From contig JAUHWP010000002.1 of NCBI GenBank assembly GCA_030424645.1, positions 4,741 through 68,740 of the forward strand: a DNA stretch of 64,000 bases. The letters are read 5' to 3'. The number at the start of each line of letters is the position of its first letter. The stretch's first letter is position 1. The notes beneath the pieces are model-generated. The model made no database searches, was not told the DNA's origin, and worked only from the letters and a program-made list of their open reading frames with translations. Positions 35,307-44,937 of this stretch are shown here, one piece after another. A program made the position numbers and the translations under genes. The DNA is from Alphaproteobacteria bacterium. GTDB taxonomy: Bacteria > Pseudomonadota > Alphaproteobacteria > Rhodobacterales > Rhodobacteraceae.

Positions 35307-35433
35307 GTTACATAGCGGGCATGTGGGAAAAATATAACTGCATGGCGGCAAAATGTTTGCGCAACAATATTGCGCAGCAATCACGTAAAAGGTAACAGTG
35401 TTTCCATACCTAGATTCTATAACGGAGGATTAC

Positions 35434-36156
35434 ATGGCTCGAGTTGCACTGGTCACAGGCGGGTCGCGCGGCATCGGCGCGGCAATTTCCAAGGCCCTGA
35501 AGGCAGAAGGCTATGACGTGGCTGCCACCTATGCGGGGAATGACGAAAAGGCCGCGGCCTTCACCAAGGAAACCGGCATCAAGACATACAAATGGAACGT
35601 CGGCGACTACGCGGCCTCGAAGGACGGATTGGCAAAAGTCGAAGCCGAAGTCGGGCCAATTGACGTTGTGGTCGCGAATGCGGGCATCACGCGGGACGCT
35701 CCGTTTCACAAGATGACGCCTGAACAGTGGCAGGAGGTGATCGACACCAACCTGACCGGCGTGTTCAACACCGTTCACCCGGTCTGGCCCGGAATGCGGG
35801 AACGCAAGTTTGGCCGGATCATCGTCATCAGCTCGATCAACGGACAGAAGGGCCAGTTCGGTCAGGTGAATTATGCCGCGACCAAGGCGGGCGATCTTGG
35901 CATCGTGAAGTCGCTGGCACAGGAAGGCGCGCGGGCGGGCATCACCGCCAACGCCATCTGTCCCGGCTATATCGCCACGGAAATGGTAATGGCCGTGCCG
36001 GAAAAAGTGCGCGAGTCGATCATCTCGGGCATCCCGGCAGGGCGGCTTGGCGAACCGGAAGAAATCGCACGCTGCGTGACCTTCCTGGCCTCGGACGACG
36101 CGCAGTTCATCAACGGGTCGACCATTTCGGCCAACGGCGCGCAGTTCTTCGTCTGA
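35434..36156 (+). CDS. phaB: acetoacetyl-CoA reductase
   Basis: MARVALVTGGSRGIG, NAG, and YAATKAG (YxxxK). 240 aa. GGAGGA SD before the ATG at 35434. Confidence 0.9.
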   Translation: MARVALVTGGSRGIGAAISKALKAEGYDVAATYAGNDEKAAAFTKETGIKTYKWNVGDYAASKDGLAKVEAEVGPIDVVVANAGITRDAPFHKMTPEQWQEVIDTNLTGVFNTVHPVWPGMRERKFGRIIVISSINGQKGQFGQVNYAATKAGDLGIVKSLAQEGARAGITANAICPGYIATEMVMAVPEKVRESIISGIPAGRLGEPEEIARCVTFLASDDAQFINGSTISANGAQFFV

Positions 36157-36157
36157 T

Positions 36158-36340
36158 CTAGGCCGGACAATCGCAGTTTCGGGGCTGGCTGAACAGGTCG
36201 GCCCCGTTTCTTTTCGGGGTCGCTCGACCGGGGAAGGATCGGAGCATTCGCAGGACAGCCAGGAATTCGGACGCACGCAGCGCATGGGCGCGGGCATAGG
36301 CGTCGCGCAGGTCTGTATCGTTTGTCGCTGTTTCCAACAT
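36158..36340 (-). CDS. hypothetical small protein (60 aa), doubtful
   Basis: ORF-track ORF divergent from the LysR gene. No recognisable motif. Its 3' part overlaps a hairpin that could be the phaB terminator. Confidence 0.3.
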   Translation of the reverse strand: MLETATNDTDLRDAYARAHALRASEFLAVLRMLRSFPGRATPKRNGADLFSQPRNCDCPA

Positions 36341-36446
36341 GGTCGTTTGCCTCGTTAAGTATTCTGACCTGAACCAGTGTCCGATGCGGAAAAGAAATAC
36401 ACAAATGAGACTTTCGGTGTCTTCACATCAGTGATACTTAACTGAA

Positions 36447-37388
36447 ATGACTGATCGCCTTCCCCCGCTGACCGCCCTGCGCGCCTTCGATGCCGCGGCA
36501 CGTCACATGTCGTTTCAACGCGCGGCGGCCGAGCTGAACGTGACCCCTGCGGCGTTGTCGTTCCAGATCAAATCGCTGGAAGAGCATTTTGGCGCCCCGC
36601 TGTTCAACCGCTTGAACCGTGCGGTCGAATTGACCGAGGCCGGGCGCGTTCTAGCGCCTGGTGCTGCGGAAGGGTTCGGGGCCTTGACGGCCGCATGGCG
36701 GGCGGCACGGCGCAGTCTGGAAACGAACACGCTGACGGTGACGGCCGGCCCGGCTTTCACGGCCAAGTGGCTGGCCCCCCGCATGTATGGCTTCGCGCAG
36801 GCCCATCCCGAGATTGAACTCAGGTTCACTGCGGGTCTCAGGATGATGGATCTTGACCGGGACGAGGTCGATGTCGCGATCCGCTTCGGCTATGGCCCCG
36901 ATGACGGGCTTTTCTCCCAACCGCTGGAACCGGAATGGTTGACGCCGATCATGCTGCCCGACCTTGCAAGCCGCTATCCGACGCCAGAAGCGTTGTTGAG
37001 TGCCCCGCTGATCCACAACAGTTCGGATGATTTTCTGACCCCGCCCTGCGATTGGCCGGCGTGGTTCAGGGCGGTCGGCATTAATGCCGATCCGCGAATC
37101 TCGTCCAGTTTTTCGCAACCCGACCACGCCCTTGATGCCGCCCTGTCCGGGGCCGGTGTTGTGCTGGGCAGGCGTGCCTTTGTTGTCAGATACCTGGCAG
37201 ACGGGCGGTTGGTCGCACCGTTCAGGGTCGCGCTTGGAACCGACGCCAAGTTTCGCTTTCTTTGCCGTCTGGGGCAGGAGAACCGGCCTGACATTGCGGC
37301 TTTCCGCGAATGGATACTGACCGAAATGACGAAATCGACCTCGTGCGCGACGGACATGACCATCATTCCGTCCGGGGACCTGACGTGA
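36447..37388 (+). CDS. LysR family transcriptional regulator (GcvA/AmpR-like)
   Basis: N-terminal HTH LRAFDAAARHMSFQRAAAELNVTPAALSFQIKSLE and a LysR substrate-binding domain. Confidence 0.9.
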   Translation: MTDRLPPLTALRAFDAAARHMSFQRAAAELNVTPAALSFQIKSLEEHFGAPLFNRLNRAVELTEAGRVLAPGAAEGFGALTAAWRAARRSLETNTLTVTAGPAFTAKWLAPRMYGFAQAHPEIELRFTAGLRMMDLDRDEVDVAIRFGYGPDDGLFSQPLEPEWLTPIMLPDLASRYPTPEALLSAPLIHNSSDDFLTPPCDWPAWFRAVGINADPRISSSFSQPDHALDAALSGAGVVLGRRAFVVRYLADGRLVAPFRVALGTDAKFRFLCRLGQENRPDIAAFREWILTEMTKSTSCATDMTIIPSGDLT

Positions 37389-38260
37389 CAAGGGGCAGGG
37401 CCACGGCGGTTGGTTTCGTGGCCGTGCTGCTTTGGTCGCTTCTGGCATTGTTCACGGTCGGCACTGTGCCGGTGCCGCCGTTCCAGCTGGCGGCGATCAC
37501 CTTCCTGATCGGTGGTGCGGTTGGCCTGATCTGGATCGGCTGGAGCCGTGATTTCGGCAAGTTGCGGCAGATCGGCTGGCGTGTGTATCTGTTCGGCACG
37601 CTGGGGCTGTTCGGGTATCACGCGCTTTACTTTTCTGCGCTTCGTCTCGCGCCCGCGGCCGAAGCGGGCTTGATTGCCTATCTCTGGCCCTTGCTGATCG
37701 TGCTGTTTTCCGGCCTGTTGCCGGGCGAACGGCTCAGACCGTTGCACATCATCGGGGCCTTGGTGTCTTTCGTCGGGGCTGCGATCATCGTTCTGGGCGG
37801 GTCCGGCGGTTTTGGTGCCGAGGCGCTTCCGGGTTTTGGCCTTGCGTTCCTGTGTGCGCTGACCTGGTCCGGGTATTCCGTTCTGTCGCGCCGGTTGGGT
37901 AATACGCCAACCGCATCGGTTGTGGTGTTTTGCCTTCTGACGGCGGGGCTGTCGTTGGGGGCACATTTGATATGGGAAACAACGGCCTGGCCCCCTGACG
38001 CCCTTGGTTGGGCGGCAGTGCTGGGTCTTGGGCTGGGTCCGGTCGGTCTGGCGTTCTATGTGTGGGATATCGGGGTCAAGCAAGGCGATATCCAACTTTT
38101 GGGCGTCGCCAGCTATGGCGCGCCCTTGATGTCGACGCTTATCCTTATCGTCGCCGGTGTTGCAGAACCCCGGCCGTCTTTGATCGTGGCCGGTGTTCTT
38201 ATCACGGTCGGCGCGGCGATGGCTGCGCGGGCCAGTTCGGCACAAAGCACGGGCAACTGA
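37385..38260 (+). CDS. DMT (EamA) family transporter
   Basis: About ten hydrophobic helices in two EamA-like halves. The GTG at 37385 overlaps the LysR stop (GTGA) behind a GGGGA SD. The track start at 37310 lies inside lysR. Confidence 0.8.
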   Translation: MTRGRATAVGFVAVLLWSLLALFTVGTVPVPPFQLAAITFLIGGAVGLIWIGWSRDFGKLRQIGWRVYLFGTLGLFGYHALYFSALRLAPAAEAGLIAYLWPLLIVLFSGLLPGERLRPLHIIGALVSFVGAAIIVLGGSGGFGAEALPGFGLAFLCALTWSGYSVLSRRLGNTPTASVVVFCLLTAGLSLGAHLIWETTAWPPDALGWAAVLGLGLGPVGLAFYVWDIGVKQGDIQLLGVASYGAPLMSTLILIVAGVAEPRPSLIVAGVLITVGAAMAARASSAQSTGN

Positions 38261-38274
38261 CCCGGCCTGATCGC

Positions 38275-38442
38275 CTAGGCGCTTGCGAGGCGCTCAATCT
38301 CTTCTTTGAGCAGGAGTTTCTGCTTTTTCAGCTCAGAAATCTCGTGATCGCTGCTGCCGGGCGCGCGTTGTATCGCCTCGACCTTTTCAGAGAGAACCTC
38401 GTGTTTCCTCCGCAGCTCCTCAAGATGCGAACTCATGCTCAT
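38275..38442 (-). CDS. DUF465 (YdcH-like) small protein, 55 aa
   Basis: Hand translation gives MSMSSHLEELRRKHEVLSEKVEAIQRAPGSSDHEISELKKQKLLLKEEIERLASA*. It shows the classic DUF465 pattern (L..L...H..L...I......D.EI..LKK.KL.LK.EI..L). GAGGAGGAA SD 4 nt upstream. Absent from the ORF track because it is under 60 aa. Confidence 0.75.
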   Translation of the reverse strand: MSMSSHLEELRRKHEVLSEKVEAIQRAPGSSDHEISELKKQKLLLKEEIERLASA

Positions 38443-38562
38443 GGCGTTCCTCCTCTGATGTAATTGGACAGATAGAGTGCACCATATATTTCGCGGCTTG
38501 TCACGTAGTGGTTACATGCAATTGGCGAAAACTTGCGGTGCAGGCGGTGAAATCTATATGGG

Positions 38563-39324
38563 TCAGGAAAGCGGCAAGGCCGCCCCGTGACGCAAGATCG
38601 CGGTGATCCCGGGCGTGTAATGTTCGCGGTCTGCCGTGTGGTTTGCCCCTTCGTGCAGAACAAGCGGGGCGGCAAGCCGAAACGCCCCCCGTGCCCCCTT
38701 GCGTGCCTGCACGATGACAAGCGATGCGGCGCGCCCGATCCGGGGGCACAGCGGCTTCACGATAGCGGACCCAAGCCTTGTGTCCATCGCGCCCAGCACT
38801 TCGGGCAGCCGTTCGGCGTTCTGGATCAGGGTCAGATAGCCGCCGGGCAACAGGCGGCGCGTTGCATGATCGACCCACGCGGTCAGGGGCGTGTCTTCGC
38901 CCAACGCGCCTTCGCGGATTGCATGGGGCGAGGATGTGCCGCGATCACGCCGGAAATACGGGGGGTTCATGATCACGTGATCGAACCGATCCTGACGCAG
39001 CCCGGCGGGCATGTTTTCCAGATCGCCCGTGTGGATGGTCAGGGTGATGTCGTTCTTGCGGGCATTGTGCCGGGCCAGGTCGGCATAAATGGCTTGCCGC
39101 TCAAGCCCCACAAGGCGCAGTCCCGCGACCCGCCGTCCAAGGCACAGAACCGCCGCCCCGGCGCCGCATCCCAGTTCCAGAACCGATTGTCCTGCGGTGG
39201 CTGGCACGGCTGCGGCCAGAAACACCGGATCGACCCCGGCGCGATAACCGGACACGGGTTGCGCAAGGGTCAGTTGCCCGCCAAGGAAGGCGTCATCGGT
39301 CAGGTCTGGCGTGGCAGAGGTCAT
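38563..39324 (-). CDS. SAM-dependent methyltransferase, tRNA (adenine-N6)/TrmN6-like
   Basis: LELGCGAGAA SAM motif and the MNPPYF (NPPY) N6-adenine/amino-methyltransferase motif. Confidence 0.75.
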   Translation of the reverse strand: MTSATPDLTDDAFLGGQLTLAQPVSGYRAGVDPVFLAAAVPATAGQSVLELGCGAGAAVLCLGRRVAGLRLVGLERQAIYADLARHNARKNDITLTIHTGDLENMPAGLRQDRFDHVIMNPPYFRRDRGTSSPHAIREGALGEDTPLTAWVDHATRRLLPGGYLTLIQNAERLPEVLGAMDTRLGSAIVKPLCPRIGRAASLVIVQARKGARGAFRLAAPLVLHEGANHTADREHYTPGITAILRHGAALPLS

Positions 39325-39327
39325 CGG

Positions 39328-39543
39328 TCAGCTTTCATAGTCAACGCCATTGTCGCGCAGAACGGCGCGGGCGCGGAACAAATCCTTCTCGCGCACCATA
39401 AGACGCCGGGGCAGGACACCGATGGAACCTTCCAGCGCGCTCATATGGACGTCCATCGCAAAGCAGTCTATATCCTCGCCATCAAGAAGGGCTGTGACAA
39501 AAGGGATCACTGTTGGGTCTGTTGTCCGAAGAAGCTCTCTCAT
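39328..39543 (-). CDS. DUF2007-like small protein (putative signal-transducing fold)
   Basis: 71 aa, MRELLRTTDPTVIPFVTALLDGEDI...ARAVLRDNGVDYES. 3-nt gap to the downstream methyltransferase. Start moved from 39633 to the ATG at 39543. Confidence 0.55.
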   Translation of the reverse strand: MRELLRTTDPTVIPFVTALLDGEDIDCFAMDVHMSALEGSIGVLPRRLMVREKDLFRARAVLRDNGVDYES

Positions 39544-39611
39544 AGATATGGACTTAATGGCAGGTCCGCGGCTTTGTCGAGCCGGATGTCGGGCAAATTG
39601 ACGGGAAGGTG

Positions 39612-40610
39612 ATGATGCTGGTCGAAGCCGCACATAAACCGCATGAACGTTTGGGCGCGCATCTCAAGGACGAGATGGCGGCGGTGAATATCCTGATCCG
39701 AGAGCGGATGGCGTCGAAAAATGCACCCCGTATCCCGGAAGTGACCGCGCATCTGGTCGAGGCCGGGGGCAAGCGGCTGCGCCCCATGCTGACGCTGGCG
39801 GCGGCAAAGCTGTGTGGTTACACCGGCCCCTATCACGTCCATCTGGCCGCGACGGTCGAGTTCATTCACACCGCCACGCTTTTGCACGATGACGTGGTGG
39901 ACGAAAGCGGCCAGCGACGCGGGCGCCCCACCGCGAACCTGTTGTGGGACAACAAGTCCAGCGTTCTGGTGGGCGACTATCTGTTTTCGCGCAGTTTCCA
40001 GCTGATGGTGGAAACCGGCAATCTGCGGGTTCTGGACATTCTGGCGAATGCCTCGGCGACGATTGCCGAAGGCGAAGTTCTGCAACTGACCGCCGCGCAG
40101 GATCTGGCCACGGACGAAGGCGTTTATCTGCAAGTGGTGCGCGGCAAGACCGCCGCGCTGTTTTCCGCCGCGACCGAGGTCGGTGGCGTGATTGCCGGGG
40201 CAGGCGAGGCGCAGGTCAAGGCGCTGTTCGATTATGGCGATGCGCTGGGCGTGTCGTTCCAGATCGTTGACGATCTTTTGGATTTCACCGGCGGTGATGC
40301 GATCGGCAAGAATATTGGCGATGATTTCCGCGAACGCAAACTGACGCTGCCGCTGATCAAGGCGGTGGCCAGGGCCGATGCCGAGGAACGTGCCTTCTGG
40401 TCGCGCACGATCGAGAAGGGGCGCCAGCAGGATGGCGATCTGGATCACGCGCTGATGCTGATGAACAAACATGGCGCGTTGCAGGATACCCGTGCGGATG
40501 CGATGGTCTGGGCGGACAAGGCAAAAGCGGCGCTGGCGGTTCTGCCGGATGATCCCATTCGCGATATGCTGCACGATATCGCGGATTACGTGGTGGCGCG
40601 GATCAGCTAA
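39612..40610 (+). CDS. ispB: polyprenyl diphosphate synthase (octaprenyl/decaprenyl type)
   Basis: First and second Asp-rich motifs LLHDDVVDES and FQIVDDLLD. GGGAAGG SD. The exact start among GTG 39609, ATG 39612 and ATG 39615 is ambiguous. Confidence 0.9.
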   Translation: MMLVEAAHKPHERLGAHLKDEMAAVNILIRERMASKNAPRIPEVTAHLVEAGGKRLRPMLTLAAAKLCGYTGPYHVHLAATVEFIHTATLLHDDVVDESGQRRGRPTANLLWDNKSSVLVGDYLFSRSFQLMVETGNLRVLDILANASATIAEGEVLQLTAAQDLATDEGVYLQVVRGKTAALFSAATEVGGVIAGAGEAQVKALFDYGDALGVSFQIVDDLLDFTGGDAIGKNIGDDFRERKLTLPLIKAVARADAEERAFWSRTIEKGRQQDGDLDHALMLMNKHGALQDTRADAMVWADKAKAALAVLPDDPIRDMLHDIADYVVARIS

Positions 40611-41433
40611 GGCGGGCCGGTTCCACCCACCAGTCAGGCTGTTGATCAGACAACAGACGGGCCGCGTCCTGCGCGGCCTTTTCTGTTTCGAACAAGGCAA
40701 AACACGTTGCCCCGGACCCGGACATCCGGGCAAGCCGGGCACCCGGCAAGGATGCCAGCGCGGTCAGGACATCGGCGATCACCGGCGCGGCTTCTATCGC
40801 GGGGCGTTCCAGATCGTTGCGCTGGCTGGCCAGCCAGTCGATGAAGGCGCGGGGTTTCAGCCCTTGGGGCAGTCGTTTCGGCATCGGTGGGTTGGTCTTG
40901 TGCTCAAGCGCCTTGAAGACGGCGGGTGTCGCCACTTCAATGCCGGGGTTGGCAAGGACGGCATGAAGCGTTGGCAATCCGGGGCAGGGCGTGACATCTT
41001 CCCCGATCCCGCGCATCCGTGCCGCCTGCCGCATCAGGCAAACCCGCACATCGGCCCCCAGCTCTGTCACGCCCTCGGGCAACCGGGTCTCGCCCGTCAG
41101 GTCGGACAGTGCCAGAACCGTGGCGGCGGCGTCCGAACTGCCGCCCCCGACCCCCGCGGCAGCGGGCAGATGCTTGGACAGGATGATATGAACCGGGATG
41201 TCGAAAAGCGCGGCGGCGCGCATGACAAGGTTGGTGTGATCGGTCGGCACGCCCGTCGCGCGGGGTCCGATGACCTCAAGACGGGGGGCTTGGGCGGGCA
41301 TGACCGTGATGCGGTCCCCGACATCGGCAAACACCACCAGGCTGTCGAGCAGGTGATAGCCATCCCTGCGCTGGCCCGTCACATGCAGCGTCAGGTTCAC
41401 CTTCGCTGGGGCAAAGACCTTGCTGATGGTCAT
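40603..41433 (-). CDS. ispE: 4-(cytidine 5'-diphospho)-2-C-methyl-D-erythritol kinase
   Basis: APAKVNLTLHVTG N-terminus and GHMP-kinase loop PAAAGVGGGSSDAAA. Confidence 0.9.
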   Translation of the reverse strand: MTISKVFAPAKVNLTLHVTGQRRDGYHLLDSLVVFADVGDRITVMPAQAPRLEVIGPRATGVPTDHTNLVMRAAALFDIPVHIILSKHLPAAAGVGGGSSDAAATVLALSDLTGETRLPEGVTELGADVRVCLMRQAARMRGIGEDVTPCPGLPTLHAVLANPGIEVATPAVFKALEHKTNPPMPKRLPQGLKPRAFIDWLASQRNDLERPAIEAAPVIADVLTALASLPGARLARMSGSGATCFALFETEKAAQDAARLLSDQQPDWWVEPARLS

Positions 41434-43154
41434 TGCGTGGGCGTCAGGGGGGCCGCCCCTTCTTCTTCCAGCACGATGTCCAGACCGACTTCCAGCTTGC
41501 GGCGCACGCGGTCGGGGTTCATTTCGTCCAGATCCGTGTCATCGGTGACGAAGCTCAGGGCGCGGCTCCACTGAAACTCGGCTTCGCGTTTGCGGCCCAC
41601 CGCCCAATAGGTGTCGCCAAGATGATCGTTCAGGATCGGATCGACGGGCATCAGTTCGACCGCCCGCTCCATGTGTTCGACCGCTTCGTCATAGCGCCCG
41701 AGCCGGAACAGAACCCATCCCAGGCTGTCGATGATATAACCGCTGTCGGGGCGGGCCGCGACGGCGCGTTCGATCATGTTCAGCGCTTCATCCAGATTTT
41801 CCCGGCGTTCGACATAGGTATAGCCGAGATAGTTCAGCACATTCGGCTGTTCCGGGCTAAGGTCCAGCGCCTTGCGGAAATCGGCTTCTGCGGCGGGCCA
41901 TTCGTCCAGCTTGGTCAGCGCAATCGCGCGTTGGAAATACGTGGCCCATTGCCCCGGCAGATCCTCGGAAAATTCGCCAATGGCCTGATCATAGGCCGCG
42001 CGGGCGTCACCGAACCGATCCAGTTGCATCAGCGTGTCGCCAAGGGCCACCCGGAAGCGCAGGGTTTCGGGGTATGTATCGGCCAGTGTGCTCAACTCGT
42101 CGATGGCCTCGTCGAACCTTTCGGAACGGCGCAGGACATCGGTGCGCCCCAAGGCGGCCTCCTGATACAGCAGGTTGCCTTCTGGCACGCGGCCATAGGC
42201 TTCGACGGCAAGCTCGTGACGTTCCATCCGTTCCAGAAGCTGGGCCGACAGCAGGATGGCCGTGGCGTTTCTGGGGCTCAGATGCTCGGCCAGGCGGCTG
42301 AAGATCAGGGCGATGGTCGGGTCGCTATCGACACTGCGGCTTTCGGCAACCGCATAGAACAGCTCTGCCACCCCGTCATTGGGCGAGGTGATCCCGGTGA
42401 ACGGCAAGACTTCGCCGGCTTCAAGCCGGGCAATGATGTCCTCGACTTCCGGGTCCGCCAAGGGCGAGGCATTTGCGTTCATAAGGGCAAGCGCGTCGGC
42501 ATGGCGGTCAAGTTGGCTGAGCACCTGCGCATAGGCCAGAATGCCGCCCCGGTTCAGTTGCATGTCGCCTTCGCTGCCGCCAAGGATGCTTGCCGCCCCT
42601 TCGAAATCCCCCACATGGGCCAGGGCTAGGGCTTTCTGGAACTGGGCAAAGCTGCGGCTGCCCGGGTCTTCGGACAAGGTGTCGAAAATCTCAAGCGCCT
42701 GCGACATGCGCCCCTGGCCAAGGCTGGCCCATGCGGTGATCATCTGGTCGACCATGCCCGCAACCGAAACGCCGCCTTCCAGAAGCGAGATTGCATCGTC
42801 CCAGTTTTCGCTGGCCAGCGCATTGCCCAGAAGAACAAGGCCCGCCAACTGGTTGTCAGGGGTGACGGCCGTCAGGCGGCGCGCAAAGGGCAAGGCTTCG
42901 TCGATTTCGCCCAAGGCCGTGTGCGCAACCACCAGCCCTTCCAGAACGTCAGCCCGGTCCGGGTTGTCCACCAGTGCGCGGGTTCCGTATTCGACCACTT
43001 TGGCGAAGTCGCCGGACAGGTCGGCCTGTCGTGCGGCCAGATAGGGACCTGCCGTTTCGGCCTGCGCGGGAAGGGGCGTAACACCGGCGAAGCAGATCGC
43101 CGCTGCCACGGTAGCGACAAGTTGGCGGGAGGCGGGAAATCTAAAGGGCACCAC
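41430..43154 (-). CDS. tetratricopeptide-repeat protein (secreted)
   Basis: Signal peptide ...AAICFAGVTPLPAQA followed by many TPR-like repeats (e.g. YLGYTYVERRENLDEALNMIERAVAARPD). Its stop overlaps the ispE start (ATGA). GTG start at 43154. Confidence 0.8.
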   Translation of the reverse strand: MVPFRFPASRQLVATVAAAICFAGVTPLPAQAETAGPYLAARQADLSGDFAKVVEYGTRALVDNPDRADVLEGLVVAHTALGEIDEALPFARRLTAVTPDNQLAGLVLLGNALASENWDDAISLLEGGVSVAGMVDQMITAWASLGQGRMSQALEIFDTLSEDPGSRSFAQFQKALALAHVGDFEGAASILGGSEGDMQLNRGGILAYAQVLSQLDRHADALALMNANASPLADPEVEDIIARLEAGEVLPFTGITSPNDGVAELFYAVAESRSVDSDPTIALIFSRLAEHLSPRNATAILLSAQLLERMERHELAVEAYGRVPEGNLLYQEAALGRTDVLRRSERFDEAIDELSTLADTYPETLRFRVALGDTLMQLDRFGDARAAYDQAIGEFSEDLPGQWATYFQRAIALTKLDEWPAAEADFRKALDLSPEQPNVLNYLGYTYVERRENLDEALNMIERAVAARPDSGYIIDSLGWVLFRLGRYDEAVEHMERAVELMPVDPILNDHLGDTYWAVGRKREAEFQWSRALSFVTDDTDLDEMNPDRVRRKLEVGLDIVLEEEGAAPLTPTQ

Positions 43155-43284
43155 GGACAGCTTTCTTGTTGGATGGCTTCGCAGGACGAAGCGTTGAGAA
43201 GGAACCTAATCGGCAAGCCCGGCGAAAACAATGAGGGGTGACACACGGCCACCCCTCACTTTTCCGTTTTCCGAAGTCACGGTG

Positions 43285-44937
43285 CTACATGTTCGGATAA
43301 TTCGGCCCGTCGCCGCCCTGCGGAACCGTCCAGGTGATGTTCTGGCTGGGGTCCTTGATGTCGCAGGTCTTGCAATGCACGCAGTTCTGGAAGTTGATGA
43401 CGAAGCGCGGGTCTTTGCCCTCTTCCTCGACCACCTCGTAAACGCCTGCCGGGCAATAGCGCTGTGCGGGTTCGGCGTATTCCGGCAGGTTCACGCCGAT
43501 CGGCACGCTGGGATCGGTCAGCTTCAGGTGGCAGGGCTGGCTTTCTTCGTGATTGGTCGCCGAGAAGGACACGTTGGTCAGGCGATCGAACGACAGTTTG
43601 CCGTCGGGTTTCGGATAGTCGATGACCGGATAATCCGCCGCTTTGCCGGTGGCCTGCGCGTCGTTCTTGCCGTGTTTGACCGTGCCGAAGGGTGAAAAAC
43701 CCAACAGCGATTGCACCCACATGTCGAACCCGCCCAGCACCAGCGATGCGGTCAGGCCGAATTTCGACCAAAGCGGTTTCACGTTGCGCACTTTCTTCAG
43801 GTCCTTGGCGACGTCGCCGGTGCGCAGTTCTTCTTCGTAATCCGCAAGCTCGTCACCTGACCGGCCGGCGGCGATTGCCTTGACGGCGGCGTCGGCGGCG
43901 GCAATGCCCGACAGCATGGCGTTGTGATTGCCCTTGATCCGCGGCACGTTCACCAGCCCGACCGAACATCCCAGCAGCGCCCCGCCGGGGAACGAGGCTT
44001 TCGGCATCGACTGATACCCGCCTTCGGAAATCGCCCGCGCGCCATAGGCCACCCGCTTGCCGCCCTCAAGCAGCTTCGCGATCTCGGGGTGATGCTTGAA
44101 GCGTTGGAATTCCATATACGGATACAGGTGCGGGTTCTTGTAGTTCAGGTGAACCACGAAACCCACGAAGACCTGATTGTTCTCAAGGTGATATATGAAC
44201 GACCCGCCACCGGCGTTCTTGCCCAAGGGCCAGCCCATCGTGTGGGTTACGGTGCCTTCGTGGTGTTTTTCCGGGTCGATTTCCCAGATTTCTTTCATGC
44301 CAAGGCCGAATTTCTGGGCGTCGCGCCCGGCTTGCAGGTCGTATTTGGCGATGATTTCCTTGGCCAGCGATCCGCGCACCCCTTCCGAGATGAAGACGTA
44401 TTTGCCGTGCAGTTCCATCCCCGGTTCGGTGTTCGGGCCATAGCTGCCGTCCTCTTCCAGTCCGAAAACACCGGCGACGACGCCTTTGACTTCGCCATTG
44501 TCCCCGTAAACCAGTTCGGAACAGGCCATGCCAGGGAAGATCTCGACCCCCAGTTCTTCGGCCTGTTCGGCCATCCAGCGACAGACATTGGCCATCGAGA
44601 CAATGTATTTGCCGTGGTTGTTCATCAGCGGCGGCATCGGCCAGTTGGGCACGCGCAGATGACCTGCGGGGCCAAGCACAAGGAAGTTGTCTTTCTTCAC
44701 CGGCACGGTGATCGGGGCACCCTTGTCTTTCCAGTCGGGGATCAGCTTGTCCAATCCACAGGTGTCCAGAACCGCGCCCGACAGGATATGCGCGCCCACT
44801 TCCGAACCTTTTTCCAGCACGACCACGTTCAGGTCGGCATTCTGTTGCTTCAGGCGGATGGCGGCAGACAGGCCAGCAGGGCCAGCGCCCACGATGACCA
44901 CATCGTATTCCATGCTTTCGCGTTCAATGTCGCTCAT
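43285..44937 (-). CDS. electron transfer flavoprotein-ubiquinone oxidoreductase
   Basis: YDVVIVGAGPAGLSAAIRL FAD motif and a C-terminal 4Fe-4S region (...CPAGVYE...NCVHCKTCDIKDP). Start at the ATG at 44937 (MSDIERESMEYD). Confidence 0.95.
   Translation of the reverse strand: MSDIERESMEYDVVIVGAGPAGLSAAIRLKQQNADLNVVVLEKGSEVGAHILSGAVLDTCGLDKLIPDWKDKGAPITVPVKKDNFLVLGPAGHLRVPNWPMPPLMNNHGKYIVSMANVCRWMAEQAEELGVEIFPGMACSELVYGDNGEVKGVVAGVFGLEEDGSYGPNTEPGMELHGKYVFISEGVRGSLAKEIIAKYDLQAGRDAQKFGLGMKEIWEIDPEKHHEGTVTHTMGWPLGKNAGGGSFIYHLENNQVFVGFVVHLNYKNPHLYPYMEFQRFKHHPEIAKLLEGGKRVAYGARAISEGGYQSMPKASFPGGALLGCSVGLVNVPRIKGNHNAMLSGIAAADAAVKAIAAGRSGDELADYEEELRTGDVAKDLKKVRNVKPLWSKFGLTASLVLGGFDMWVQSLLGFSPFGTVKHGKNDAQATGKAADYPVIDYPKPDGKLSFDRLTNVSFSATNHEESQPCHLKLTDPSVPIGVNLPEYAEPAQRYCPAGVYEVVEEEGKDPRFVINFQNCVHCKTCDIKDPSQNITWTVPQGGDGPNYPNM

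Noticed and set aside
34028-35380. 450-aa minus-strand ORF.
   Set aside because: It is antisense to phaA (thiolase signatures on the plus strand) and runs through the phaA terminator. It is a shadow ORF.
36974-38245. 423-aa minus-strand ORF.
   Set aside because: It is antisense to the LysR 3' end and the DMT transporter. The extremely Arg/Pro/Gln/Gly-rich product is not protein-like.
39540-40742. 400-aa minus-strand ORF.
   Set aside because: It is antisense to ispB, which has both DDxxD motifs. It is a shadow ORF.
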